From a virus (taxonomy: Duplodnaviria > Caudoviricetes), in IMG/VR virus record IMGVR_UViG_3300020365_000061, positions 1 through 33,630 of that record: a DNA stretch of 33,630 bases. One strand, 5' to 3'. The notes beneath the pieces are model-generated. The model had not been told where the DNA came from and did no database searches. It saw only the letters and a list, made by a program, of their open reading frames with translations. Shown here one piece after another: positions 10,101 to 18,572 of the stretch (its first letter is position 1; every line of letters starts with the position of its first letter). The translations under genes were made by a program, and so were the position numbers.

Positions 10101-10175
10101 CTCTGCCAGTTCGTACTGAGTTGTTCCCTCTGGAATATCAGTAACAACATTCCCGTTGGGTAGGCGAACATCCAT
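4191..10175 (-). CDS. Giant internal virion/ejection protein (1994 aa), polyvalent, with HExxH metallopeptidase motif and C-terminal LPD38-like domain
   Basis: NHEIVHAL...EEAIAE zincin motif. C-terminal INFSRRG...IPFLNARFQG...KLPIPFEVGLLFKTLPE...SPMKIDHVVRGYTG. Last large gene of the internal-protein block. Confidence 0.75.
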   Translation of the reverse strand: MDVRLPNGNVVTDIPEGTTQYELAELAIANNIASKADFPDLFFSDIAPVGEVPEDDTTFLGGLGEFGKRGLGGTVTGLSRIGTGLAELIPGVDDDSAREVQRDIDQFVADKLAYDPAYDDTYAAQLGTVVGEMVPMVGSFFLPGGLPARAVQLATMIGPSVSEGGMDRAEYEARTGEELSTFERLASKGTDIALGRLEQFGFPSRVLKGLPKGHFLTPEGSKHLNRMEDVLRQGVREGAQEAMQSIARDMTTLAIYDEDRKIGESAVEDFQLGGGAGAIFELVLGSVASRGPKAKAPSEMQELTEEEIGQEQERREEESRKEAARRREMDDVVSAGTGERFTGPTMPDEVRKDPLDTSQLDPNRDLESIANDVIRVSGSRLPVDAQFNVKTEGRKSFVEQDGEQFGPAFDDPLSAQELANRLTGTSQQLRKTAEIDYIVDNAGLEYDNIQADEAKRLGRAVLSDSERVISVADANLATGRDIGSAINRSRAKQKENEILKNEKRKATTDEITSVQSDFVSLKEIRAANKGDIGRLGDVIAEKDADFLAFRDDPRPTESPTSPTRPRQPALGRRQQALKTFSSSFENAISSERAFKELLARKRMDVDVNSNEFRGLIKKTLGKTPPKKDPLANLSPNDRRYLYHRIRRLPSFESQATKIPDFSVKTPDAETVRRARRQVEVDADPADVIAQRATSRAEARRVEDEARRTAGPRIDRAEQGVEQGMEVAEYDIETSGLAQQLKDMLNKFGVSDEVSVRLVEKLGTARRDSDGNIYILGRDPRDMDADAQEYGVFTAGARVIQVGLEGVRDRVKDGATYEEAVARAMNHEIVHALRRMDLFTREEYSLLERLSRKYEKPGDGMTYGQWATKNYEGLDAIRQQEEAIAEMISDALTDGVVIDNKVTKPTGKPAAIFKKIVDFFKDLVGIAERADTDIDSFKALVDEIQGGRVGRRERGVVRTALERDYEARQDTERGITTADLATRTGDRKPYVLRDVVREERRETPEEKKGQRMEDAPEVDDEMFSRRVKRAAEQDAEDAIQKAEDKSFKGKGREADEAGVDAPSPSKRKIDPAKVEKAVADNLEAIKDNPQSVPRFSVKASPEAQYIARNPDAGLKPPPDEEMFSKKKDSAAVDKLTKGPDREAPNFKVFMDATDIGDIGTFFTRLKKGAINRYAPLEKYYQKIPGLRELEADSSAMAAALFADKSKAILASAIKYGVPVYRDGLTKVEDFTHTSKKYKRLNGTYRGLIGVMSLIHNKEDGDLRKLAQAYAMVQRGNYLDKRGQLSPVDPKTRREILAEVDALTQSDGYNPIKGWHEVWMAYNDKTIDFLRDTGILNDETADVWRDSSYIPFYRTGEKDNLPRNAKNVFGDLSRMAEFVAYRGSEKAVDVGLVESVTTNLNAAIDMGMKNVAQQRIVRDMQNLGLARQVPKDTPEKDGNYVTFKINGNKVKFEIDDNLIHDSLLSSAGIGFPMAEKYLGMPASFLREMVTRDPGFMFANMMRDTLSTWATSGADFTPFKDTFGRFNDDLERLEKLGVVGGYDFAIDRADIGKFYENETRKRGISGDPINMFVNLWNVAGDFTTKSDAATRQAVYDDVLARTGNEAEAAFQAMEIINFSRRGSNPYVKLITATIPFLNARFQGLDVFMRSLGGDYSAVREEQKSKIQLRLAVRASTMIGVTALYYALASGNDWYEEQDEEVRELNWLIPTPWGVPFKLPIPFEVGLLFKTLPEAMLANFAGRQSDRETRETIQRGIESTLEINPLGFQIIAPFAEAALNRSAFTGRPVVPIYMSQITPGLQTTMNTPEFIADVGELLNISPMKIDHVVRGYTGTLGSYAVGLADVLYRSTIDGALGDDIGFAGERPSKNMFEFPLWRRFFGRKEGGGLRADVYDMYYDIQEVVRTMNELEDSGRLNELRAFIAGRSHVLALKDDVYYLRNRMTKARQEKEQILAADIDPKKKQKLMEQIDATINDELKAVVPELKRLRDAPAFQSTY

Positions 10176-10178
10176 GAC

Positions 10179-12086
10179 TTAGGAGCCTGTTCTTGATGGA
10201 GAGCCGGTTGCTAACGATCCAAAGCTGTACACACCGCCCGCCTCGTCAGAGGTTGGCATGTACATCCTCCTTAGCTCACTGAGAGTATTCCTTAGGGACT
10301 GAATTCTCCTCATTGTGGCCTCGTCCTCCCTGCCAACCGCCGTATCCAGAGCCTCTAACTCTCTAGTTGTAGCTGTCACAAGAGCGGCAATCACTGAGGC
10401 ATTACCGCTTCTGGCCGCGTTCTGGACTCTTTGCTCAAGCAAGTCCATCTGCTCATCAAACTGGGTGGCATCTATTTCCAGCTTGGTCTGAGCCTGCTGT
10501 CCCTTGGCGAGTATGTTTGCGGCCTCTCTGCCGCCTTCCATAGTCTTGCCTTCTGCTATACCAGTGCCAAGTGCAACGAGTGCCGCACCTCTGTTGGTTC
10601 TGCCCATGCGATCCAGAAGCTCTGCCATTCTGTCGGCAGAAGTAGCCTGCACTTCATCACCGCCGCCTTTCTCTTCTATGCCGCCTTTTGGAACAGAGTC
10701 GGCCAAAATAGAGTCTGCCATAGGTGGCTTGGGGTCTATACCAAGAGACTCTCTCTGATCCAGCTCGGTCTTAGCTTGAATTGCCCGAAGATCGGGCGGC
10801 AACAACGTACGTGACTCGTCAACGCCTGAAAAATCTGGGTTGTAACTAACACCCTCAACCGGCGATCCAAGCTGAGTTGTGGCGGCGCTTCCGGCCAGTT
10901 GTGTTGGGGAAACCCCCATCGGGATAAACTCAAGGAAGTCATCAGCCATAAAGCCCCTTCTGAGCGCCGGAAGACCGCCTCGCTTGGTCACCTCCCTGCC
11001 TGCCCCCGTGATGAGGTTCCTGCCTATGCCACCAAGCCCTCCGAACATAGGCAATGCCCCCTGTGTGATGCCAACCCGCTCCATCTCTGGAGCACCCTGA
11101 AGCATCTCCTCTTGTGAGGGAAGACGTTTTAGGTTCCCTGCCTGCAAGTTCTCCATAAATTGCTGGTCTTGTGCTGTTTCAGCATCTGTTCTTCCTGTTA
11201 AGCGGTTAAATGTAGAACCTAGACGGTCTCCAATTGCAGTGTCAAACGCAGAGCCTAGACGATCCCCAAACCGATCAACAGCTTGTCCAACCTCATAGCC
11301 AACACGATCTAAGGTGCCTGTCCTGCCTTTGACGTACTCCACCATTGACGCACGGTCCTCGGACGACCTATTTGGCAGTTGTTCTATAAGTGACAAAATG
11401 TCGGCGTAGCCGATCTGGCCCGAATCAATTAGATAATCTAGCTGATCCTGAGTCTTTGAGCTTAGAGGTTTGTATACAGCGCCCCCTTCTGCTTTCTTCT
11501 CCACCTTGATTCCCGGCGCAAAATCCTCGTCTATGAAGCCCCTTGTTTTTCCTGCTCTGATTAGGTTTTCGATTAAATCCACCAGACCTTTTGGGGGTTC
11601 GGCTGTTCTTCTTGTGGCGTTGTCTATAGTCTCCTGATCCACTCCGAGCAACGACAATCCTTGAAGAATGCCCTGCCTGTTCGCGATAGGGTCGTCATCA
11701 GCGCCTACCTCAAACCCTTCCCCCCTTGTATCATCTGTATCTAAATTGTAGTACCTGTCTCTTAACGTAACTTGACCACCCCCTGACATCATGCGGGGAG
11801 GGGGCATCTGGGGCATACTTTGCGGCATCTGTGGGGTCATCGCCATTTGTGGTGGCATTTGAGGCATGGCACCCATAATCCCCATGCCAGCCTCACCCAC
11901 GATGCGGTCTTTGACGGTGCCTTCTTGTGGCTGATCCTCTTGAAATCGCTTACGCATGTCAGATCGGCGCTGTATTTCAGACACAACCAGAAACTGCGGC
12001 ACTTGACCGCTAGGCATCTGAGCTTCCTGCATCAATGCCTGATCGGGTAGCCCCTTGATAATGTCTTCTTGCTCAAGAATGTTCAT
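10179..12086 (-). CDS. Internal virion (ejection) protein, 635 aa
   Basis: Helical and low-complexity G/A/M/Q-rich protein with PQM repeats, located between other ejection-type genes. TAATG coupling. Confidence 0.6.
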   Translation of the reverse strand: MNILEQEDIIKGLPDQALMQEAQMPSGQVPQFLVVSEIQRRSDMRKRFQEDQPQEGTVKDRIVGEAGMGIMGAMPQMPPQMAMTPQMPQSMPQMPPPRMMSGGGQVTLRDRYYNLDTDDTRGEGFEVGADDDPIANRQGILQGLSLLGVDQETIDNATRRTAEPPKGLVDLIENLIRAGKTRGFIDEDFAPGIKVEKKAEGGAVYKPLSSKTQDQLDYLIDSGQIGYADILSLIEQLPNRSSEDRASMVEYVKGRTGTLDRVGYEVGQAVDRFGDRLGSAFDTAIGDRLGSTFNRLTGRTDAETAQDQQFMENLQAGNLKRLPSQEEMLQGAPEMERVGITQGALPMFGGLGGIGRNLITGAGREVTKRGGLPALRRGFMADDFLEFIPMGVSPTQLAGSAATTQLGSPVEGVSYNPDFSGVDESRTLLPPDLRAIQAKTELDQRESLGIDPKPPMADSILADSVPKGGIEEKGGGDEVQATSADRMAELLDRMGRTNRGAALVALGTGIAEGKTMEGGREAANILAKGQQAQTKLEIDATQFDEQMDLLEQRVQNAARSGNASVIAALVTATTRELEALDTAVGREDEATMRRIQSLRNTLSELRRMYMPTSDEAGGVYSFGSLATGSPSRTGS

Positions 12087-13075
12087 TAGCCACCCCTAAA
12101 TGCGTTATATAGTCCAGCCGCCGCAATGCCGCTTCCCAGCAACTGTTGCATTACGGAAGGAGTCATACCGAACGATGAAATGGTCTGGCCCGGAGATATC
12201 GGGGTTCCCTGCAACATCTGGCTGTAATATGCAAGTTGCTCTCTCGGATACGACCTTTGTCGCAGGAAGTCCTGATACCCAATATCCATGCCTGTCTGGC
12301 GTAGCCTACGCTCTGCTTCGCCAGCCGCCTGCATGTTACGGAGCCTTTCTATCTCCATTCTCTGACGCTGACTTGCGTAGTCGCCCAGCATCCCAGCCGC
12401 CGCTATACGCTGTGCATCTCCAGCGAGAATATTGCCGTAAGCCGCTTGACCCAGCCTAGCGGCCTGATCCGCGTAAGCCCTGTCCTGATCAAGACCCCGT
12501 TGTGCCTGAGTAAACGCCTGTTGCATACCGGCGCCATAGATGTCGCCAAGCTGACGATTCAGGTTACGCTCACGCTCAGCCTGCATGATACCTTCACGGT
12601 AACCACCAAGGCTTCCTGTCCCAGCCGCCTGCAACCCCATCTGCTGACCCGCAATGTCTGACTGGCGACGGGCCTCTCGCATCTGGTTATTAAGAACAAG
12701 TTGCTGATAAGGATTCATGTATTGACTGATCGCACGCGGGTCCGCCATTGACGGCATTTCTTGCGCTCGACGGGTTGTCTCCAGCATAGTTCCTGCATAC
12801 GGGCTACCCATGCCTACCGTGCCAGCAATATTGCCAGCCACATCAAGCTCTGGAGGCGTACCTGATACACCCATGTTGGTAAAGCGATACATGGCCTCCT
12901 GCTCAGCAGGAGTAAAGTACGCCAGTCGCGCCGCAGGGTAGGGGGTATATGGCTCAGCCGACTCATACCCAACACGAGCCAATAGGTCTTTGTAATACGG
13001 TTCTGCGTATTCTGGTAGGTTTGACTGAACTACCTTGGACTCTGTGGGTCCGCTACTTCCGCCGCCCTTAGACAT
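12086..13075 (-). CDS. Internal virion / DNA pilot-like protein, 329 aa
   Basis: MSKGGGSS...NLPEYAEPYY start, YMNPYQQ, Q/A/G-rich helices and a hydrophobic Gly-rich C-tail (LLGSGIAAAGLY), typical of podophage ejection proteins. Confidence 0.65.
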   Translation of the reverse strand: MSKGGGSSGPTESKVVQSNLPEYAEPYYKDLLARVGYESAEPYTPYPAARLAYFTPAEQEAMYRFTNMGVSGTPPELDVAGNIAGTVGMGSPYAGTMLETTRRAQEMPSMADPRAISQYMNPYQQLVLNNQMREARRQSDIAGQQMGLQAAGTGSLGGYREGIMQAERERNLNRQLGDIYGAGMQQAFTQAQRGLDQDRAYADQAARLGQAAYGNILAGDAQRIAAAGMLGDYASQRQRMEIERLRNMQAAGEAERRLRQTGMDIGYQDFLRQRSYPREQLAYYSQMLQGTPISPGQTISSFGMTPSVMQQLLGSGIAAAGLYNAFRGG

Positions 13076-13487
13076 CGCCTAATTCCTTTTCATAAAATGC
13101 CGCTGACTTCTTGAAGCCATCAGCCTCTAAAAATTTCCAAAACCCAAACCTCGCCACACCCTCGATGCTCTGGCACCCAAGGTCTTTTGCGTAGAGGCTG
13201 ATTTGCTCCAAAAGAAGGTTGTACCACTTGTCGAAGTCCTCTCCGCCCAAGAAGTGCATGGAGAGTATTCGCTTGCCGGGATAGTGGGTGACCTCCGTGG
13301 TCAACGCCCCCCAGACCTTTTCCTCATCAAAGGCAACCCAAAGCTGGGTACTGCCCATGGAGACTGCGGCGCATAGATGCTCCATCGTCCAGCGCCCATT
13401 GCACCTTTCAACCGCTGGTTCCAAGTAATGTCGGACATCGTTCCATGCCGACGCGGCGTGCTCAATGGGGACTAGACTTATGTTCAT
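13068..13487 (-). CDS. GNAT-fold acetyltransferase-like protein within the internal-protein cluster
   Basis: LWVAFD...LSMHFLGG...YAKDLGCQSIEGVARFGFWKFL..DGF pattern and size. Confidence 0.6.
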   Translation of the reverse strand: MNISLVPIEHAASAWNDVRHYLEPAVERCNGRWTMEHLCAAVSMGSTQLWVAFDEEKVWGALTTEVTHYPGKRILSMHFLGGEDFDKWYNLLLEQISLYAKDLGCQSIEGVARFGFWKFLEADGFKKSAAFYEKELGDV

Positions 13488-15853
13488 GCAGGCATCACTT
13501 TCCTTTCATCGATTGGAGGAGCCTGCTTCGTTGTGCCATTGCGTTCAATGCGGACTCTATCCATCATGTCGTCTAGCTTTTCCGCTCCAGCATCAGAGCT
13601 TCCTTCGCCAAGACCAGACACTACATCCGCAGGAACAATAAACTCTCCGGGCGACACGGCAACAGGCTGTTCACTGCCTATCATACCCTGAACCATGTCA
13701 TCCATCCCACTACCGTTGCCCTTAATCATCCCTTCCGTTTGAGCATTCGGGACAACAGACTGAAGTATCATCTCTCTTACCTGACGGAATACCTCTGGCC
13801 CGTACCTCTGCACAAACATTTCGACAATCTGATCGCCATTTTCTATTTGCCCTAATACAGCCATACTCAACATCTGCACTTCATCCATACTGGGCATTTG
13901 GTTTTTTGCCGTGAACTCCGTGGGAACCTGAGCGATACCGCCACTTGGGACAGATGTTTCGCCAAGAGACGTTTGCAACCTCACCTCTGGTGTCAAGCCG
14001 CCTGCTTGGAAGTCTAGAGGGTCTCGCCCTAGCCGCTCCCTGTTCATATTGGCAATCATCAGGGCTTGGCCTTCAGTGAGGCCCGGATACGTCGCAATAA
14101 GAACCTCGGGCGAGGTGATGGCCGTGGTGTCCACCGGACCCGTAACGCCCCTAGCCGCAATAGCGTCCATAACATTCGGGTCGCCTACAGACGACAGGAG
14201 GGTAAAGAGGTTTCCGCTTTGGAGTGAGTCAAGATAATCTTGAATTTCCTGATCGGTCATATCTGGGAAGTACTCTCTCAGCGCGTCGTATTGTCCGTCT
14301 GTGTTCGCGTCTGGCGTTGTGTCTGGAGTGGTATCTGTCGTTGGCGTTGGCGCTGGAGGTTGAGAGTAGTACGCCTGAAAGACATTCTGCTGTGGTGTAG
14401 ACAACGCAGAGCCTTCAGATGCCAGCCCCATAACACTGCCAATGTCTAAGGGTCCGGGGTCCATCTGCTCTAAGGTACGCCGATACTCGTTCATTTGAGC
14501 GTTGGATTGAGGCGCCTGAAGAATCGGATCAAAGTACTGACCACGAGATATAACGCCCTGCCTCATGGGCCTGTATGACCGATCAGGCACTGATATACCC
14601 TCAGAGGCGTCTTGGAAGTAACTAAACTCCGGCTCAAACCCCGGCATATAGTCTCTTGGCGGAGCGATAGTGTCTGGCCCACGCAGTCTCTGCTGTACGG
14701 TTACGGGGTCAACTCCGAAATAACCTCTGGGTCCACCTATAAACCGCGCTACGTCACGGGCGGTGCCAAGAGCCGACCCCTGCGCGTATGGGTTGTCGTC
14801 TTCTCTTCTTGTTGTTCCATTTTCCTTTTTCTTTGTAGACCCGCCCTCTTCCATGTACATGGGAGGCGGGGTTCTGCGGCTCATCTCTGCCCTTGCGTCT
14901 GACAAACCAGTCGGTATTCCGGGTTGTGCCGCCATGTAGCCGCGCTGGAGATCGTCAAACGCCTCCCTCCTGTCTGCCTCCCCCTCTGCAACACGAGCTT
15001 CTGTCTGCCGACGCATTTCATCTCGCATGTCCATCTCGTCAAGAGTGCCTTGACCTACGCCCGCGACAGCAAGATTACCGGTAACCCCCAGTGAGCCAAG
15101 CCCCTGATCACGAACCATGCCTTCTGCACGACCAAAAAACTTATCGCTCGGCGTTGGCGATCTGACTTCTATCGGGCCAGACGTTGCTTTTCCTAAGGTG
15201 GGCGCGTCAAGACCCGGAACAGTTCTGCCAGATGGGATCACCAGACCTTCATAGTCCGTTGGCAAGCTCTTCTGTAAATTTGCAAGCTCAGTCGGGTCAG
15301 TGGGAATTGCCTGAGCGACACCCGCACCCGATTGTGCGGCATTGCTTAACTGTGCCATCTGATCTGGCGATAACGCCGCATCAAGACCCGCTTGTGTTGC
15401 ATCTTGGAGTGCCCCAACAGACTGCCCCGCAAATTCACCTGTAGTGATTACAGACTCAGGCGCCGTCTCTGCAAGCTGTGTCGTGAGTGTCGCGGCATCC
15501 CCCGCGCCATCAAAAATCCCACGGATCGCATCACCAAGTTGAGACGCCGCACCTGCGGTAAGGCCAGCAAGTATGCCTCGCTTGGCGTCACCTGTAACAG
15601 CCGCTGTGCCGACCCCTGTAAGAGCCGCAGTGCCTATCGTTCCTAGCTTTAGCGCCCCGCCAAGTGCGCCAAACAGAAACGGCAGAAACGCCTCTGGCTG
15701 GCCCGTAACGGGGTTTGTGGTGAGCTTGCCGCCGGGAACCAGAGAGGCTATCCCTGCCACTTCAGCGGGGTTCATATGGACAAGCATCGTGTCGCCATAA
15801 CGGCCATACTTCGCCATCTCGTCCATCATTGGTTTTGCTGGGTATCTATTCAT
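13484..15853 (-). CDS. Virion internal protein, 789 aa, with conserved-looking termini and low-complexity middle
   Basis: N-terminus GRYGDTMLVHMNPAEV...TNPVTGQPEAF then a hydrophobic Gly-rich segment. C-terminus GMIKGNGSGMDD...VSPGEFIVPADVVSGLGEGSSDAGA. Confidence 0.65.
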   Translation of the reverse strand: MNRYPAKPMMDEMAKYGRYGDTMLVHMNPAEVAGIASLVPGGKLTTNPVTGQPEAFLPFLFGALGGALKLGTIGTAALTGVGTAAVTGDAKRGILAGLTAGAASQLGDAIRGIFDGAGDAATLTTQLAETAPESVITTGEFAGQSVGALQDATQAGLDAALSPDQMAQLSNAAQSGAGVAQAIPTDPTELANLQKSLPTDYEGLVIPSGRTVPGLDAPTLGKATSGPIEVRSPTPSDKFFGRAEGMVRDQGLGSLGVTGNLAVAGVGQGTLDEMDMRDEMRRQTEARVAEGEADRREAFDDLQRGYMAAQPGIPTGLSDARAEMSRRTPPPMYMEEGGSTKKKENGTTRREDDNPYAQGSALGTARDVARFIGGPRGYFGVDPVTVQQRLRGPDTIAPPRDYMPGFEPEFSYFQDASEGISVPDRSYRPMRQGVISRGQYFDPILQAPQSNAQMNEYRRTLEQMDPGPLDIGSVMGLASEGSALSTPQQNVFQAYYSQPPAPTPTTDTTPDTTPDANTDGQYDALREYFPDMTDQEIQDYLDSLQSGNLFTLLSSVGDPNVMDAIAARGVTGPVDTTAITSPEVLIATYPGLTEGQALMIANMNRERLGRDPLDFQAGGLTPEVRLQTSLGETSVPSGGIAQVPTEFTAKNQMPSMDEVQMLSMAVLGQIENGDQIVEMFVQRYGPEVFRQVREMILQSVVPNAQTEGMIKGNGSGMDDMVQGMIGSEQPVAVSPGEFIVPADVVSGLGEGSSDAGAEKLDDMMDRVRIERNGTTKQAPPIDERKVMPA

Positions 15854-16182
15854 CAGCTTGTCTCTACACCAAACATGTTGAAGCTAAGGCCAGTGCCGCT
15901 TGCGTACACCTTGACCACATCGCTTTGATTAAGTGTCAGTCCTAACACAGCGGAAAATGTGTCTGTAGCTGAGACTGACTTATCATAATAAATAAACTGT
16001 TTATTGTCTGCTCCTGCGCCTGCAACATGGACACTGAGCCTGAATGTCAGTGCGCCCGATGTGCGGTTACAAACATTGATAGAGCTAACGGTTGTCTGGT
16101 TTAGGTCAGGCACCGTGTACAGCGTGGTTGTTGTCGTGGCAGACGGGTCAAGCTGACCGAGAACCTTAATGACATCAGCCAT
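15853..16182 (-). CDS. Small beta-rich virion protein (109 aa)
   Basis: TTLYTVP...SSINVCN...LGLTLNQSDVVKVYAS...FGVE; coupled in the operon after the nozzle gene. Confidence 0.7.
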   Translation of the reverse strand: MADVIKVLGQLDPSATTTTTLYTVPDLNQTTVSSINVCNRTSGALTFRLSVHVAGAGADNKQFIYYDKSVSATDTFSAVLGLTLNQSDVVKVYASGTGLSFNMFGVETS

Positions 16183-16372
16183 TGCTTGCGCCCATCAGCA
16201 AGAACTGGAACCGGCGCAGGGCCAGTGACGAATCCTTGTTTGTCTTATTTGTGTTGCCTTCTACAGTCGAAGATATATCTTGTAGTGATTGCTCTATTGA
16301 TCTTCTGGCAACCTGCTCGTTTTCTCGTTCGTACTCTGCACTGGCTACTGGCAATGTTGTGTATTTGGGCAT
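16175..16372 (-). CDS. Hypothetical virion protein (65 aa)
   Basis: TAATG overlap with the nozzle gene and overlap with the next gene. Confidence 0.65.
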   Translation of the reverse strand: MPKYTTLPVASAEYERENEQVARRSIEQSLQDISSTVEGNTNKTNKDSSLALRRFQFLLMGASNG

Positions 16373-18222
16373 TAGCGCCTTCCGTCCGTTCTAATATCGA
16401 ATCGCAAGTCACCAAGCGTCCAGCCGTATCCCGAGCCATTACTGGATATCTTGATGATCATCTCTCTGGTTCTGGCCCTCAGGTGAAACTGACCGGTATT
16501 GCTGGCGATTGTCGCTGTATCTAGCAGGGTTTCATCCCCCAGCGGGAAGTCGCGGCCTTTAACCTCCAAAGACAGGTCAACCGCCGCAGTGGTGCCTCTG
16601 AATGTGAAATCAGGTATCACACGGCGCACAGCGGCAAACTGCTCACCATCGCCAAGACCAATACCGCCAGAAGCAACAAACGCATTTAACGGTTCGCCGT
16701 CAGCCGTATGACCGATCTCGTGACTATACAAGTAGTTGTCGCTGGTCAGGCTGTTAGAGGCGGCAAGCGGAAACTCCTTGGTTGGCGCATGAATAAACGC
16801 CCCCCGATCCAACGTGCCTATAGTCCAGTTGTTTTCTTGATAGTTGTATGTGACATAGTTTGTTATGTCTGCGCTTGGGGTGCCGACTGGGTAGTACCAC
16901 GTTACCTCTGAGTCATCAGGGTTAGTGGTTGCGAATATCTTAAACCTCTGCTGGAACTGGAGGTTTGAGAACACATGATCCAGCACGGAACAGGGCAGTC
17001 TCTGCACTGAGCCGCGATAAACATAAAACCCTTCCCTGTCCATAAAGAAAACAGAGTCAGCCGCCGCAACCCCAGCTTTGGGCGAAATCATGCTGACGTT
17101 TTCCGCCACCGGAGAGAAAGAGTAAATAAACGGGGCGCCTACGAAACGCATGGCTTGGATGCCAACGTCTGTGAATATCAGTATTTCTTGACGAGTCTTG
17201 ATCGCACCCACAATGGTTGTGCCGGTAGAGAGAACCTGACCTCCGGCACTGTTTGTCGCAGTAGGAGTCCAATCTACTGCGTTTTCTTGATCAGACCACC
17301 GGATAAACAACGGGTCTAACGTCACAGAGCCAATCGGGTTACACCCAAAGCAGATAACGTGCCGGTCAATGTCAGACACCATGACCTGAAGCGCCTCAAC
17401 TGGCGTGTTTGAAGCGCCTCCTAAGCTGGAAAGCGAAACGGCTCTTGTTGACAGACCACTGCTTTCATCCCAGAAATACACAGAACTGCCTCTGGGGTTG
17501 AATATAAGATCATCGCCAAATGCGTCTTGGCTGTACAGGCGTAGCTGATTTGATGAGGTAATTGCCACAGACTCGCCAAAAGTCCCAGCGCCCCACGCAC
17601 CCACACCCCAGCCTGTACTGTCTACATAGAAGTTGGTGCCGGTGTTGATCTGATACACACCAACAACAGAGCTACCACCATTCCCAGAATCGCTAGAGTT
17701 GGCCGTCACTGTGGCGCCTGACGTGTCTTTTGCCGTTATGTTGTAGCTGTTGGCGTTTACGATGACCCCGATCTGATACTCCTGATTTAACACGTCAGCA
17801 GTAATATTTCCTCCCAGCGAGGCCGCGCCAGAGTACGTTACAAAGTCGCCCTCTACGGCGCCATGCGAGGTGTCACTAACCACTAAAGTTGATGACCCAT
17901 TCGTTGCGGCAAACGTCACGTCGCCAGCCGCAGTGGTCTGCCTGATGGGCGTTACATCTGCTACCGTGCCGCCAGACTCTACATAAAACTTCAGGTTTGT
18001 GCCGACACCCAGATACTTGTCGCCATCAGCCGCGCCCCAGTCAAACAATGACCGCGCCACGCCCTTGATCGCCGTGCTGACGTACTTCTGCCAGCCGCCT
18101 ATCGTCTCGACGCGGCCTTTTCTGAAGCGAATGCGATCTGAGTCAAACCAGCCGGAATCGGCACTGTACTCTGTGCCCTCCTTGTCGATCCCCGGCTTAA
18201 ACTGTATCTTCGTTAAGGCCAT
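16372..18222 (-). CDS. Tail nozzle / tail tubular B (P22 gp10-like DNA stabilisation) protein
   Basis: ~616-aa beta-rich protein with RWSDQEN...W.PTATNSAG, FFMDREGFYVYRG, EVTWYYP motifs. Start MALTKIQFKPG at a TGATG overlap (18222). Confidence 0.75.
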   Translation of the reverse strand: MALTKIQFKPGIDKEGTEYSADSGWFDSDRIRFRKGRVETIGGWQKYVSTAIKGVARSLFDWGAADGDKYLGVGTNLKFYVESGGTVADVTPIRQTTAAGDVTFAATNGSSTLVVSDTSHGAVEGDFVTYSGAASLGGNITADVLNQEYQIGVIVNANSYNITAKDTSGATVTANSSDSGNGGSSVVGVYQINTGTNFYVDSTGWGVGAWGAGTFGESVAITSSNQLRLYSQDAFGDDLIFNPRGSSVYFWDESSGLSTRAVSLSSLGGASNTPVEALQVMVSDIDRHVICFGCNPIGSVTLDPLFIRWSDQENAVDWTPTATNSAGGQVLSTGTTIVGAIKTRQEILIFTDVGIQAMRFVGAPFIYSFSPVAENVSMISPKAGVAAADSVFFMDREGFYVYRGSVQRLPCSVLDHVFSNLQFQQRFKIFATTNPDDSEVTWYYPVGTPSADITNYVTYNYQENNWTIGTLDRGAFIHAPTKEFPLAASNSLTSDNYLYSHEIGHTADGEPLNAFVASGGIGLGDGEQFAAVRRVIPDFTFRGTTAAVDLSLEVKGRDFPLGDETLLDTATIASNTGQFHLRARTREMIIKISSNGSGYGWTLGDLRFDIRTDGRR

Positions 18223-18572
18223 CAGTACGTCCACATAACCGGCGTAGATGCTCGCTTATCGACATGAACAAATGTCTTAGCGACCCCTATGCCGTTAAAC
18301 CCCATCTCTATCGCCTTCCAGACGATCAACATTCTTTCAGCGCCGTTTTTAACCTGTATGTCGGCGGCTATGCCATGCGCGTGCATTCCGGGCTTTTCTT
18401 TTTTGGCCTCTAGGCTGTGGCTGTTTGACCTATAGCCAGAGGTGATAATAAAGGGAAAGCCGCAAGACTCTCGTAACTCGTCAAGGTCCATGATGAAGTC
18501 AAGGTCCATTTCGTTTTCGCCGGTTTCCTGACAATCGAAATCAGACAGCTTGAAGTACTTAAACTCTTTCAT
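18222..18572 (-). CDS. Endolysin, peptidase M15 (D-Ala-D-Ala/L-Ala-D-Glu peptidase) family
   Basis: YFKLSDFDC...ITSGYRS...HAHGIAADI...GIGVAKTFVHVDKR Zn-ligand motifs. True start is likely MKEFKYF at 18572 (ATGA overlap). Confidence 0.9.
   Translation of the reverse strand: MKEFKYFKLSDFDCQETGENEMDLDFIMDLDELRESCGFPFIITSGYRSNSHSLEAKKEKPGMHAHGIAADIQVKNGAERMLIVWKAIEMGFNGIGVAKTFVHVDKRASTPVMWTY

Noticed and set aside
4849-11117. Numerous + strand ORFs opposite the giant internal-protein genes
   Set aside because: Antisense shadows without RBSs or protein-like motifs.
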